Shown here in pieces: positions 28,178 to 38,574 of a stretch of DNA of 64,000 bases. The notes below the pieces were generated by a model. It worked only from the letters and a program-made list of their open reading frames with translations, did no database searches and was not told the DNA's origin. Within the stretch, counting starts at the first letter, position 1. The number at the start of each line of letters is the position of its first letter. Source of the stretch: Uncultured Candidatus Berkiella sp. Its GTDB lineage: Bacteria > Pseudomonadota > Gammaproteobacteria > Berkiellales > Berkiellaceae. The DNA lies in assembly GCA_964594635.1 (NCBI GenBank), contig CAZQMV010000008.1:59813-123812 (forward strand), written 5' to 3'. A program made the position numbers and the translations under genes.

Positions 28178-29056
28178 ATGAAATACGCACAAGATGCCAC
28201 CCTAGCAAGACTCTTAATTACCTGTCCGGATGGTCCAGGCATTATTGCGAAAGTGACAACTTTTTTAAAAAATCAGGGTGCTAATATTACCGATTTGGAT
28301 CAACATTCAACCGATCCTGAAAATGGCACTTTTTTTATGCGTCTTGAATTTCAAACTTCACATCTTAGTGTTACTAATGAACAATTAGAAGCGGCTTTTG
28401 CGAGTGAAGTTGCACTCCCTTTCAAAATGCAATGGCAAATGCATTATGCGGCTAACCGTAAACGCATGGCAGTGTTTGTTTCCAAATATGATCATGCATT
28501 TTTAGAAATTCTCTGGCGTCAAGCACGAGACGAGTTGCCATTTATGATTCCCTTTATTATTTCCAATCATCCCGATTTGAAAAAAGCGGCTGATCACTTT
28601 GATATTCCGTTTCATTATGTTCCCGTCACACCAAGCACAAAGCAAGCAGCAGAAGCAAAAATGTTAGCATTGTGTGACAATCAAGTTGACGGTATTATTT
28701 TAGCGCGCTATATGCAAATTTTGTCTGAAGATTTTGTGAACCGTTATCCCAGTAAAATTATCAACATTCATCATTCATTCTTGCCTGCGTTTGTGGGCGC
28801 AAATCCGTATCAACAAGCCTATGATAAAGGTGTTAAATTAATTGGTGCTACCGCGCATTATGTGACTCAAGAATTAGATATGGGGCCAATCATCGCACAA
28901 GACGTGGTGAGAGTGTCACATCGCCAAAGCGCCGATAAATTACGTGAATTGGGGCAAGATGTGGAACGTACTGTATTAGCCAGAGCGGTGAGAGCGCATG
29001 TTGAGGACCGCATCATTGTCAACGGCACTAAAACAGTTGTCTTTGATCCTCATTAA
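28178..29056 (+). CDS. purU: Formyltetrahydrofolate deformylase
   Basis: ACT domain [73 protein letters not shown]. Confidence 0.97.
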   Translation: MKYAQDATLARLLITCPDGPGIIAKVTTFLKNQGANITDLDQHSTDPENGTFFMRLEFQTSHLSVTNEQLEAAFASEVALPFKMQWQMHYAANRKRMAVFVSKYDHAFLEILWRQARDELPFMIPFIISNHPDLKKAADHFDIPFHYVPVTPSTKQAAEAKMLALCDNQVDGIILARYMQILSEDFVNRYPSKIINIHHSFLPAFVGANPYQQAYDKGVKLIGATAHYVTQELDMGPIIAQDVVRVSHRQSADKLRELGQDVERTVLARAVRAHVEDRIIVNGTKTVVFDPH

Positions 29057-29060
29057 AGAA

Positions 29061-29082
29061 GAAAAGGGTTAAACCCCTTTTC
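29061..29082 (+). terminator. Intrinsic terminator after purU
   Basis: GAAAAGGG-TTAAAC-CCCTTTTC. Confidence 0.6.
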
Positions 29083-29103
29083 ACTCTCATCCGTAACGCG
29101 CTG

Positions 29104-29185
29104 AATTCCCCCCACCCACACATCCTCGCTTTGCTCGTCTGTGTTACCCTCCCCCGCACGCGGGGGAGGGTTAGGGAGGGGGGAA
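29104..29185. repeat. Nested GC-rich palindrome (REP-like)
   Basis: Outer TTCCCCCC/GGGGGGAA; inner ACACA..CCTCGCTTTGCTCG..TGTGT; perfect 11-bp stem ACCCTCCCCCG-CACG-CGGGGGAGGGT (29146-29171). Confidence 0.75.
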
Positions 29186-29202
29186 CAATATTTGCGCAGG
29201 AA

Positions 29203-30711
29203 TTAATTGATCTTAGATGCCGCTGGTTTTACAACGCTGGGTGCAGCAGAGGTTTTTAACCCTTGCTTAATAGGCGTTTCACCCGCAGCCCAGGGCTCTT
29301 CAACCATTAACTGACACAGCTTATCTTCAATGCGTTTTAACTCATTAAAGTCTTTGGTGGAGTGGTTAATAATGAGCGAGAACAAATATTCATTCCCTTT
29401 CATGGTTGTAAAGTAACCAGAGAGTGCCGAAGTGCCGGTTGCGCTACCGGTTTTACCGACCACACGTCCCACCATATTTTTATCTTTTAAGCGTGTCGCT
29501 AAAGTGCCTGTTTGGCCTGAAGAACTTAAGCTTGCTTGATACACAGCAAAAGCAGGATCGTGATACATAAAATTCAGTAGCTGTGAAACAACTAAAGGCG
29601 ATATCAAGTTATAACGCGATTGCCCTGAGCCATCACTGAGCTTCATTTTGTTAAATTCAATACGCGACTCTTCGCCTAAAATGTCTTGAATGGCTAAGAT
29701 ACCGGCTTGGAAAGTGCCTTGACCACCGTAAGCTAAGCCTAACGCTTTGGTTAAGCTTTCTGCATAGATATTATTGGAGTCTGCTAAAACGCGTGGCAAT
29801 AGCATTTTTAACGGTGCCGATTTTTTCACAATGATAGCAGGGACATTTTGAGGGGCCTTGCCAAATTGGATAGTGCCTGAAAATTTAATATCGGCTTGTT
29901 TAAGCGCTGATTCAATTAACGTTTTGGCTAAGGCGCGTGTGTCATCAAGCGCAAGCTCAATCACAATCGGTGTTTTATCCATTGGCCAGCAGCCATTAAG
30001 ACTAATATCGTTATTTTTTACTTTCACATTCAGCTGACAAGTATGTTCAGCTTCTGCAGCAGTAACGGCGATCACTTTCGATTCTATTTTAAAATTGGGT
30101 AATTCTTTATCCACTTGTTCTACCTTAATCGGTGAGTTCAAGTCTTGTGGACGATTCAATTTTAAGCGAACTTTGTTTTCATTAATAATGATCGAGGTGA
30201 TTGGCGCTGAGTAATACCAAGGTAGTGAATCCCAAGTCCATCCTTGGGCATAATAAGGTTCAGCAAAAGCACTATCATCAATCACTAAATTGCCTTTGAT
30301 CTCATTAACGCCTTTTGTTTTTAACGTTTTGAAGAGCTCTAGAATATGTTTGACTTGAAAAGTAGGGTCGCCCCGAAAGACAAAATACAGATTATCACTC
30401 AACGTATTGCTAGTGAGTTTATCAAGCGGTGCTTGTAATGTAGTTTGATATTGAAAATTTTCGCCTAAATATTTTAACGCAGCAGCGGCGGTAAACAGTT
30501 TAGTGGTACTGGCAGGGTGAAAGGTTTCTTCAGCCCTGGCTTCATAAACAATATTGCCAGTTTTTGGATCTTGGATCACCAAACCAACGGCGGCATCTGG
30601 CAACTGTTGCTTGATAAATTGATCGAGCTGTTTGTCATTGGGAAGCTCTGCATAAGCTGCCGAAACCATAAACATGCTGAACATAACAAAGCGGGTTAAC
30701 ATTTTTTTCAT
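29203..30711 (-). CDS. dacB: D-alanyl-D-alanine carboxypeptidase/endopeptidase PBP4 (peptidase S13)
   Basis: Signal peptide; PASTTKL (SxxK), SNN (SxN), DGSGQSRYN, GKTG. Confidence 0.95.
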   Translation of the reverse strand: MKKMLTRFVMFSMFMVSAAYAELPNDKQLDQFIKQQLPDAAVGLVIQDPKTGNIVYEARAEETFHPASTTKLFTAAAALKYLGENFQYQTTLQAPLDKLTSNTLSDNLYFVFRGDPTFQVKHILELFKTLKTKGVNEIKGNLVIDDSAFAEPYYAQGWTWDSLPWYYSAPITSIIINENKVRLKLNRPQDLNSPIKVEQVDKELPNFKIESKVIAVTAAEAEHTCQLNVKVKNNDISLNGCWPMDKTPIVIELALDDTRALAKTLIESALKQADIKFSGTIQFGKAPQNVPAIIVKKSAPLKMLLPRVLADSNNIYAESLTKALGLAYGGQGTFQAGILAIQDILGEESRIEFNKMKLSDGSGQSRYNLISPLVVSQLLNFMYHDPAFAVYQASLSSSGQTGTLATRLKDKNMVGRVVGKTGSATGTSALSGYFTTMKGNEYLFSLIINHSTKDFNELKRIEDKLCQLMVEEPWAAGETPIKQGLKTSAAPSVVKPAASKIN

Positions 30712-31214
30712 AATTTGCCACTAATGATAATGTTGTTGGTTAAAAAGGAGGCATTGGGTATTAAAATTTCTTTATCTTCACATTGAAGATGTGTGTAGCG
30801 TAAGCTCATCTTACTAACAACGCCTTTGTATTTTCCTACTTGAATGTTATCACCAATTTTAAAGGGTTGGTAAAGCAAAACCATCATCCCTGCCATCAGG
30901 TTCGAGAAAGCATCTTTTGAAGCAAGGCCGACAGCTAACCCGGATATTCCAAGGCTGGCAACCATCGCGCTAACGTTCACGCCTGCAGAGCCCAAGGCGG
31001 TAATGGTCCCTATAACGAGAATAGCGATTTTACTGCTAATGGTGAATACCAGAAAAACCGGTTGCTTTTGTGGCGTACTTTTTTGTGCCAAACGATCAAC
31101 CATTGAAGCGCAAAATTTTGCCAAAAACCAAAAAAGCCCAAAAATAAAAATACTTATTAAAATGGCAGGAAGAGAGCTACCCACCTTAGTTAACATGGCT
31201 TGCATCATGTTCAT
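30708..31214 (-). CDS. mscS: Small mechanosensitive channel (truncated MscS family)
   Basis: GLAVGLASKDAFSNLMAG, PFKIGDNI...G.V..M.LRYT, IPNA; no C-terminal alpha/beta domain. Confidence 0.8.
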   Translation of the reverse strand: MNMMQAMLTKVGSSLPAILISIFIFGLFWFLAKFCASMVDRLAQKSTPQKQPVFLVFTISSKIAILVIGTITALGSAGVNVSAMVASLGISGLAVGLASKDAFSNLMAGMMVLLYQPFKIGDNIQVGKYKGVVSKMSLRYTHLQCEDKEILIPNASFLTNNIIISGKL

Positions 31215-31278
31215 AGGCGACTACTACTACAGTCAGGGGTTATGTGAAAGCTACTGTGACATTTTACAATTTAGAATG

Positions 31279-32568
31279 TCAACTTTTTGTTAAGGAGATA
31301 ACCAGTGGGGTAGGGATCAGCTGCGAGGTTGATTTGACGGTCAGTGATTTACACAAGCCAAAGGTCACTAGCGCTATTAAAGAAACATATAAGCTAGGGC
31401 CCATTAGCCAGTTGTAACGAATGGTGAGGATTTCAGCAATAAGAGGTGCAGTCCCTGCAAAAAGAGCAGCAGAAATACTCCATGCAAATGATACACCCGT
31501 ATAACGCACACTGGGCGGAAAGAGATCGCAGAGGATCTTAACCATAGGTCCACATGCCACACCATTTAAAACACCATAGATCACCATCGCTAGAGCAATA
31601 AGACCATAGTTGCCGGTATAGCAAAGCATAAAGGTAATAGGGGAAAACAACGCAACAAGACACAATCCAAGACGATATTGTCGGTAGGCATTGGTTTTAT
31701 CGGCTACATACGCCATAACGGGGATCATGATAGCGACAATGACTTCGCCAAAAATGGCAAATAACGTGGCATGATGCATCGGAAGCATGACAATTTTTTT
31801 CAAAAATACCACGATGTAAATGTTGCCGATGTAGACAAACACACCCGTGAATGCCGCAATGGCACCCGCTAGGATAAACGATTTGTGATATTGCATTAGC
31901 AAACGAAGCAATGGGATCCGTTTGGTTTTTTGATCTTTTTGTAAAAAATAGGGTGATTCACTTAAACCGCGACGACCCATGATCCCAATAAAGCAGCTTA
32001 AGCCGCCTAATAGAAAAGGGACACGCCATGCCCAATGGGGTGCACTGGGGTGACTTGTAATCAAGGCCGCTATGCCACCTAGCACCATTCCGCCAGCAGC
32101 CGATGCACTTACCCAGCTTCCCGCAAGGCAAGGATATTTTTCGGATTTTTCGACTAAAAAGATCCCCGCGCCATTATATTCGCCACTGATAGCCACACCT
32201 TGTAATAAGCGCATAATCAACAGTAACAAAGGGGCAAAAATGCCAATGGTGGCATACGTGGGCAAGCAGCCAATCGCAAAAGTCGCGAGTCCCATTAACC
32301 ACAGCGAAGCCATCAGTGCTGGTCTTCGTCCAAGGTTATCGCCTATGGCACCAAAGATAATGGCGCCTAAGGGGCGCATAATATAACCCACTGCAAAGAT
32401 GCCAAAGGTTTTCATTAAAGCTGCTTTAGTGTCGTTAGTGGGGAAAAACAAAGTAGACAAGGTGAGGGCCATGTATCCGTAAAACGTATATTCAGCCCAC
32501 TCAAGAAGTGTTCCTAATGAAACAATGCTAACCTGCCAAGGACCTTTGCTTTGCTGGTTTCCTATCAT
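31279..32568 (-). CDS. MFS transporter, MHS/ProP-like
   Basis: GTLLEWAEYTFYG, MRPLGAIIFG..GD..GRR, RLLQG..ISGEY.GA, WRVPFLLG, R.TG.SF. Confidence 0.92.
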   Translation of the reverse strand: MIGNQQSKGPWQVSIVSLGTLLEWAEYTFYGYMALTLSTLFFPTNDTKAALMKTFGIFAVGYIMRPLGAIIFGAIGDNLGRRPALMASLWLMGLATFAIGCLPTYATIGIFAPLLLLIMRLLQGVAISGEYNGAGIFLVEKSEKYPCLAGSWVSASAAGGMVLGGIAALITSHPSAPHWAWRVPFLLGGLSCFIGIMGRRGLSESPYFLQKDQKTKRIPLLRLLMQYHKSFILAGAIAAFTGVFVYIGNIYIVVFLKKIVMLPMHHATLFAIFGEVIVAIMIPVMAYVADKTNAYRQYRLGLCLVALFSPITFMLCYTGNYGLIALAMVIYGVLNGVACGPMVKILCDLFPPSVRYTGVSFAWSISAALFAGTAPLIAEILTIRYNWLMGPSLYVSLIALVTFGLCKSLTVKSTSQLIPTPLVISLTKS

Positions 32569-33899
32569 GCTTTCTTTTTAACCAACGTTTCTTTGGTAAA
32601 GAAGGCACACACAATAGCAAGACCTAAGCAAAGTGGCAGTACCAACGTTGAACGTTGATAATCTGTCACCGTATGTAACATAGTACCATTAGCCGTTAAA
32701 TGCATGGAAGCGTGCCAATCTAAGAGCCAGCCTAAAACTGGCATTAATAAAGAACCCAATAGAACAGAAAGCATGTTGGCAATGGCCATTGAGAACCCGC
32801 CCAGTTCCTTGGAGTGCAATTCACCCGCAACGGTATAGCTTGCAATAAGACCCGTATTGCTCACGCCATAGAGGAATAGGATCAGCATGATGAGTCCCAT
32901 GGGGATCCCTGGGACATAAAACACGAGGGGTAATAAAACAGTGCCAAGGATGGCCGATAAAATCATAACTGGTTTACGGCCCCAATGATCGGCCAGCCAA
33001 CCTGCACAAGGTCCACCAATCGCCCAGCCGATAAATAAGAAAGAGATTGCATGTGAGGCAGTATAGGGATTTAAGTGATGAATGTTTTGTAAAAATTCTT
33101 TGCCCCATAGTTCGCCTAAGACGTCAGTCGGTGCATAAATAAAGCCTGCATAAAGCGCGTTGATCCATGTGTAACGACTAAATATCACAGCTTTGAGCTG
33201 CAGAAAAGTCGCTCTATGAGGAAGTGAATCGCTACTGTTATTACCTTGGTAATTTTGGGGGCGATTACGGATCACACAATAAATTAAAATAGCCAACGCA
33301 AAAAAGACAATGCCGTACAGTTGAAACATTTTTTGCCAACCGATCACATCATTTAAGTAAGGTGCAAGGTGCGCACCGGTTGCGCCACCCACCATGCCTA
33401 GGGCTTGTGTGATCCCAACCAGTAACGCTAATTGCTTGGGTTCAAACCAAACGGTAATCAGTTTGAGTGCGCCAATAAAAGCGGTTGCCGAGCAAAAGCC
33501 AAGTAATACGCGAGAGACCATTGCTGTTCCAATCACTTCTGCACTTGCAAAAATGAGTGAGCTGGCACTACAAATAAAGACGGCAATTGTGAGTAATAAA
33601 CGCGAACCAAATCGATCGACAAGATATCCGACCGGCATTTGCATTAAAACGTAGGGTAAATAAAAGGCTGAGCCTAATACACCAAATTCGTATTTAGACG
33701 TTTGCACAAAGGCTGCTTGCAAAACTTCGCTGATATGCCCAGGTGTTACCCGCACGACATAGTGCGCAAAAAAGAAGAAGGCCGCTAATCCCCAGATGAG
33801 CCAAGGACGCAAAGAAGAGAGGGGTGGTTTGTTATTTTCGTTTTGCACGCGCACTTTCTCTTTCAAAAAAACAGCAATTATAAGTGAATCACAGAACAA
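32565..33899 (-). CDS. MFS transporter, Pht (phagosomal transporter)-like
   Basis: WLIWGLAAFFF..YVVRV.P, YLPY..MQMPVG.LVDRFG.R, WF.PKQ, G..ADHWGRK. Likely start is GTG at about 33848. Confidence 0.85.
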   Translation of the reverse strand: MFCDSLIIAVFLKEKVRVQNENNKPPLSSLRPWLIWGLAAFFFFAHYVVRVTPGHISEVLQAAFVQTSKYEFGVLGSAFYLPYVLMQMPVGYLVDRFGSRLLLTIAVFICSASSLIFASAEVIGTAMVSRVLLGFCSATAFIGALKLITVWFEPKQLALLVGITQALGMVGGATGAHLAPYLNDVIGWQKMFQLYGIVFFALAILIYCVIRNRPQNYQGNNSSDSLPHRATFLQLKAVIFSRYTWINALYAGFIYAPTDVLGELWGKEFLQNIHHLNPYTASHAISFLFIGWAIGGPCAGWLADHWGRKPVMILSAILGTVLLPLVFYVPGIPMGLIMLILFLYGVSNTGLIASYTVAGELHSKELGGFSMAIANMLSVLLGSLLMPVLGWLLDWHASMHLTANGTMLHTVTDYQRSTLVLPLCLGLAIVCAFFTKETLVKKKA

Positions 33900-34036
33900 A
33901 AAACATCATAATGGCTGATTCAGCCAATTTAATGATAAAAAATCCTCGCAAAATAAAGCTATATAACTTACGTTTACATTCCCTAGTCCCCATGGTAGAT
34001 TTCCTGCGCCAATTCTAAAGGCCCCGGGAGGCAAGT

Positions 34037-35476
34037 GTGGAGCGGCTACTTGTCGTTGTGATTCTCTTGTTCACCATAATGCCACTTTGCGCAAAGACGC
34101 TTGATTTACAGCAATCAATCAATATCGCCCTTGAAAACAATCTTGAATTGAAATTTGCAAAATTTGATGAAGATGTTCGTTTGCACGAATTAAAAATATT
34201 AAGACATAAATTTCATCCGCAACTCTTTTTTAATGCCAGTTTGACTGTCCATCACGAAACGTATTTCCAAGAAAGTTTTGATGAAAAGAAAATTCATACC
34301 TACCCCTCCTTAAAAATGCAAACGCCTTATGGCACACAGATTGAATTGTTTAGTGAGCAAAACGCTGGATATGAAAAATATCAGCGTAGCACGGGTTCGG
34401 CTTTGCGTTTTTCAATTGAACAACCCTTATTGCAGGGAAGAAAGAAGATTGTCAATACTTGGGAAATCTATAATGCCACGATATTAAATGATATCCAGGA
34501 ACTGCTCTACCAGCAGGCTAAAGACCAAGTTATCTATCAAGTGATCATCAATTTTTATGCGCTGCAACTTAGCATGGAAAATGTCAAATTACATGAATAT
34601 TGGTTAGAAAATGCCGAAAAATTTTATGATAGCATGCAGTCTAAAGTTGCAGCAGGTCGTGTTGCTTCTCATGATCTGGATGCTTCTTTATTGCAAGTTA
34701 AGCGTGCCATGAGCCAATTGATGCAGGCTCAATTTGACTATGTTCAAGCGAAAAGAAGATTTTTGGAAGAGCTAAATCTTGTTGATGAAACGATTACTTT
34801 CGTACCTTCATCGATTAAGAAGATCCCTGCTTTAGTGAATCAGCAAAAGGTCATCGAAGAAGTGGTAGCGAACGATATAGAAAGCAAAGTATTGGATTTA
34901 AACAAAGAACGTATTAAGCAACAATTAATTATAGCTAAAGATCAAAGCCGTCCTGAGTTAAAACTACGTGGTGATTGGACACTAGGTCGTTACCATGTTT
35001 ACGGAGAAAAAGCAGATTTTGCCAGTGATGAGAATGTCTTTGGTTATCCTTTCATTCATGATAACGGTAACTATACAGCCCAAATTTTGGTGAATATTCC
35101 TTTAAGCAATAAAGAACAAAAGTATCATCAAATTTTAGCTGCTCGAAGTGAAATCCAGAAAATAGAATGTGAGTGGCATTATCATCAGTTACGGATCAAA
35201 AATTTTGCAACGGATCTCTATGAACAAACTGAAGTTAAAAAAAGACAATTGCAACTGGCAGAAGAGTCGTTAAAGCTTGCAAAAAACAACTATGAAGATT
35301 CACTTGCTAAGTTAGAAGCAGGCAGAAGTTCTTTATTTGAATTAATCAGCTATCAAGAAAGACTCTTAAGTGCACAAATGGCAAAAACTGCTAATCAAAT
35401 TGCTTATTTTAATAGTATCGCTAATTTAGATCTCAATAAAGGAACGCTTTCTCATCAATGGGTAGGAACAGCATGA
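34037..35476 (+). CDS. TolC family outer membrane efflux protein
   Basis: Signal peptide, IALENNL, IEQPLLQG, KVAAGRVA, KLEAGRSSLFELI. Confidence 0.85.
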   Translation: MERLLVVVILLFTIMPLCAKTLDLQQSINIALENNLELKFAKFDEDVRLHELKILRHKFHPQLFFNASLTVHHETYFQESFDEKKIHTYPSLKMQTPYGTQIELFSEQNAGYEKYQRSTGSALRFSIEQPLLQGRKKIVNTWEIYNATILNDIQELLYQQAKDQVIYQVIINFYALQLSMENVKLHEYWLENAEKFYDSMQSKVAAGRVASHDLDASLLQVKRAMSQLMQAQFDYVQAKRRFLEELNLVDETITFVPSSIKKIPALVNQQKVIEEVVANDIESKVLDLNKERIKQQLIIAKDQSRPELKLRGDWTLGRYHVYGEKADFASDENVFGYPFIHDNGNYTAQILVNIPLSNKEQKYHQILAARSEIQKIECEWHYHQLRIKNFATDLYEQTEVKKRQLQLAEESLKLAKNNYEDSLAKLEAGRSSLFELISYQERLLSAQMAKTANQIAYFNSIANLDLNKGTLSHQWVGTA

Positions 35477-36663
35477 AGAAATGGATGATGGCTTTTTTAT
35501 TCGCGCTTGTGGTATTGAATGCTTACTCGATGCCACCGACTCAGTTGGTGGAAAATAAAAAGCAACAGGGAACAATTCAATATGATGGTCATTTGATTTC
35601 GACCCATCTGGTTGAAGTGCAAAGTCCGGCCAATGCAACGCTTGTTAAGAGTCATGTTAATTTAGGTGATAAAGTCAAACAAAATCAGCTATTATTTGAA
35701 TTTGTTTCACCTGAATTAGAGGTACAGCTGGCAGATGCCAATATGGCTGTATTAGAGTCGCAAGACGCTTTGCACAAACTCAAAACATGGTCGAAAAGTT
35801 ATGAAGCCATGCAGGCAATGGCTAATCTTGAAAAAGCCAAACACGAGAACTTACGAATTAAATCACGTTTATCACAAACCAAAGAATTATATCGTAAAGG
35901 CATTATTGCTAAAGAAGAATGTCTCAATGACGAACGCATATATAAAGATAGTGAGCAATATGTTGAGAATGCAAAAAGACAATTAGTAGAAATAAAAGCA
36001 AAAGCTAACCCAACAGCCTTAACTTTAGCAACATTACAACTAGAACAGGCCATGAGTAAAAAAGCGCTCCTTCAACAAAAAGTTGAGCAGTTAAAGGTTC
36101 GTTCCCCCATTGAGGGAACATTACTCGCGCCTAAAGCAAACGATAATAAGCAGGTCATGCCATTTTATCTGCAAAAGGTTTTTCATGGGCAAGAAGTCAT
36201 TGCATGGGTGGCAGATCTGACTAAATTATGTATCACTGTCAAGGTCGATGAATTTGATATTGTGAGATTACACAAAGACCAATCCGCAATGATAACCTTT
36301 GTGGCATTTGCCGAGCATAAGTTGCCAGGTAAAATTGTGGGAATTGCCGAAAGCAATTTTTCTGCAAAAGATAATGATGCAATGACTTATGAAGTTAAAG
36401 TGGCTTTAAATGCGATCCCATCACTATTACAAGATAAATTATTAATGGGAATGTCGGCTAAGGTCGCGTTAGAGCAAACCATGCCAGAAGGGCTCTGGAT
36501 CTCAAAAATGGCTGTGCAATATGAAAATGATGAACCTTATGTTGAAAAAATGAATGGTTCAAATACCCTTAAACAAAAAGTGGTGTTAGGAGATAATGCA
36601 AAAAATGACGTTTTGGTTTTAAGTGGATTAACGGCTGGAGATAAAGTAGTTGTCCATGGTTAG
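35473..36663 (+). CDS. Periplasmic adaptor (MacA/HlyD-like membrane fusion protein)
   Basis: Lipoyl halves (V.LGDKVK..QLL; VRSPIEG), coiled coil, VKVDEFDI.L...Q, LLMGMSA, GL..GDKVV. Confidence 0.85.
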   Translation: MKKWMMAFLFALVVLNAYSMPPTQLVENKKQQGTIQYDGHLISTHLVEVQSPANATLVKSHVNLGDKVKQNQLLFEFVSPELEVQLADANMAVLESQDALHKLKTWSKSYEAMQAMANLEKAKHENLRIKSRLSQTKELYRKGIIAKEECLNDERIYKDSEQYVENAKRQLVEIKAKANPTALTLATLQLEQAMSKKALLQQKVEQLKVRSPIEGTLLAPKANDNKQVMPFYLQKVFHGQEVIAWVADLTKLCITVKVDEFDIVRLHKDQSAMITFVAFAEHKLPGKIVGIAESNFSAKDNDAMTYEVKVALNAIPSLLQDKLLMGMSAKVALEQTMPEGLWISKMAVQYENDEPYVEKMNGSNTLKQKVVLGDNAKNDVLVLSGLTAGDKVVVHG

Positions 36664-37315
36664 ATTAGAAGGGATCACTAAGCGTTTCCCCAATGCGCGT
36701 GCCTCCCTTTACCATCAATTTAATTTAGCGCTAGGTGCTAATCAAACGCTAGCGATGATGGGACCATCAGGTTCAGGTAAGAGTACGTTACTGAATATAT
36801 TAGGTTTGCTTGATCCGCCTTGTCATGGTCACTATTTTTTTAATGACGTTGAACTGTTAACGCTTAATAAGAAAGAAAAAGCGACTTTTCGTAATATTCA
36901 TTTAGGCTTTGTCTTTCAGTCGCACTTATTGATCCCTCATTTAACAGTCTTGCAAAATCTCATGTTACCTCTTATTTACCGAGGGTTAAGTGATGAAAAG
37001 GCCAAATGTTGTGCAAGAACGCAGTTAAAGCGACTTGATCTTGAAAATTTACAACAGCGCTTGCCTCATCAGCTCTCAGGTGGTCAGCAACAACGTATTG
37101 CCATTTTACGCGCGTTGATTGGTGAGCCTAAATTGTTACTCGCCGATGAGCCCACTTCTGCTTTAGACGAAGCAACCAAACAGGATATTTTAGCATTACT
37201 CTTTACGTTGCAAAAAGAGCAGCAGTTTTCCATGATTATTGCGACGCACGATGCCAGTATTGCACGTCTTTGCGATAAACATTTAGATCTCGGTCAAATA
37301 CAACATGAAACTTAA
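36650..37315 (+). CDS. ABC transporter ATP-binding protein (MacB/LolD-like)
   Basis: GPSGSGKST, LGFVFQ, LSGGQQQR, LLADEPT, IATHD. Confidence 0.95.
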   Translation: MSMVRLEGITKRFPNARASLYHQFNLALGANQTLAMMGPSGSGKSTLLNILGLLDPPCHGHYFFNDVELLTLNKKEKATFRNIHLGFVFQSHLLIPHLTVLQNLMLPLIYRGLSDEKAKCCARTQLKRLDLENLQQRLPHQLSGGQQQRIAILRALIGEPKLLLADEPTSALDEATKQDILALLFTLQKEQQFSMIIATHDASIARLCDKHLDLGQIQHET

Positions 37316-38444
37316 GTACTGGTTAAAAGATGGCTGGGCGTTATTTTGCTTTTATCGCGTGCGGTTACTATTTGGTTTACTTGGCATCACAATTGGTATT
37401 GGTGCTGCTTCGGCGCTGTGTGCGATTAATTTTGTGGTGGCAAAAAATAGCGAAACTGTGTTAGAGAAATATGGTCAATCGCGTTTTGTGGCAACAGTAA
37501 TGCCCAACTCACTTTTAGAAAAAAAACAAGCAAAACAAAACTTAAGCGCTACCCCGCTCACTTTATTTTGTCATAAGCACAATCATGATCTGGCATTGAT
37601 CCCTTATCATGTGGTGAATTTAAAAAATAAAAAGGTTGTCGTTGGCACCTTAAGTGGTATTGATCAGCATTTACAATGGCCTATCAATACAGGTAGACCA
37701 TTACATCGATTAGATGAGCAAGCGAAAGTGGCGATGGTAGGATCGGCTGTGGGAGCCTTTGTTGGCACAAAGCTCAGCCTATTTGGGACTTATGTCGAAG
37801 TGGTTGGGGTACTTCAAGAAATAGAACCCAACCCGTTGTTAGAATTTGATGTCAATCATTCCATTTTTGTTGGTATAGAAACCTTAGCGAGGATCAAACC
37901 CTTTGCATGGGTTGATTCATTTATCGTACAAAATAACAAAGCTTCACTTCAAGAAACGAAGAATCAGTTCAATGCCACGCTAAAAAACTGGTTTCTACTT
38001 TCGCAAGTGTTTATACGTGACGCTACGCTTTTTCAACTGGCAATGCTAAAGCAAGTGAGCATGACCGTGCAAATGCTCAAGATCATTGCTTTAACCACGT
38101 TACTGCTGGGAACGCTGTCGATCGTGAATTTGTTGGTTATCCTGATTGATGAGCGGAAAAAGGAAATGGGATTACGGCTTGCTATGGGGGCTACCGCTTT
38201 AACCATTGGGTGGCAGTTTTTTCGAGAAATCATGATGTTATGTTGCCTAGGAGCGGTTTTTGGGATTGTTTTTGGCCATATAGCCGCCTATATTATAGTA
38301 ATGAAGCTGGGATTAATTTATTATTTTGGCTGGTTTTCATGGGTAGTTGGTTTTGTTGTTGCCATAGCCATGGGAATCGTAGCGGGGATCCTGCCCCTGA
38401 TTTTTGCTGCTAAGAGTCATCCGGTTAAGCTATTAAACAGTTAA
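37305..38444 (+). CDS. ABC transporter permease (MacB/FtsX-like)
   Basis: TM1 LLGITIGIGA, periplasmic domain, I.ER.KEMGLRLAMGA, three C-terminal TMs, PVKLL. Confidence 0.88.
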   Translation: MKLKYWLKDGWALFCFYRVRLLFGLLGITIGIGAASALCAINFVVAKNSETVLEKYGQSRFVATVMPNSLLEKKQAKQNLSATPLTLFCHKHNHDLALIPYHVVNLKNKKVVVGTLSGIDQHLQWPINTGRPLHRLDEQAKVAMVGSAVGAFVGTKLSLFGTYVEVVGVLQEIEPNPLLEFDVNHSIFVGIETLARIKPFAWVDSFIVQNNKASLQETKNQFNATLKNWFLLSQVFIRDATLFQLAMLKQVSMTVQMLKIIALTTLLLGTLSIVNLLVILIDERKKEMGLRLAMGATALTIGWQFFREIMMLCCLGAVFGIVFGHIAAYIIVMKLGLIYYFGWFSWVVGFVVAIAMGIVAGILPLIFAAKSHPVKLLNS

Positions 38445-38450
38445 TAGTTA

Positions 38451-38571
38451 ACACGCATAGCAGTCGATTTTTAGGTTAGGCGCAGAGTCTCGAGCAACAG
38501 GAGTGCACTCTTGTGCATGACTGTTGGGAGATGGCGAATGCAACAACACATAAAATTTGAATGCGAAGAGT
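38451..38571 (+). mobile_element. ERIC-like palindromic miniature element, copy 1 (degenerate left end)
   Basis: Core CAACAGGAGTGCACTCTTGTGCATGACTGTTG and flanks AGGTTAGGCG / CAACAACACATAAAA..GAAGAGT align with the copies at 53551, 63054 and 63910. Confidence 0.8.
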
Positions 38572-38574
38572 GAA

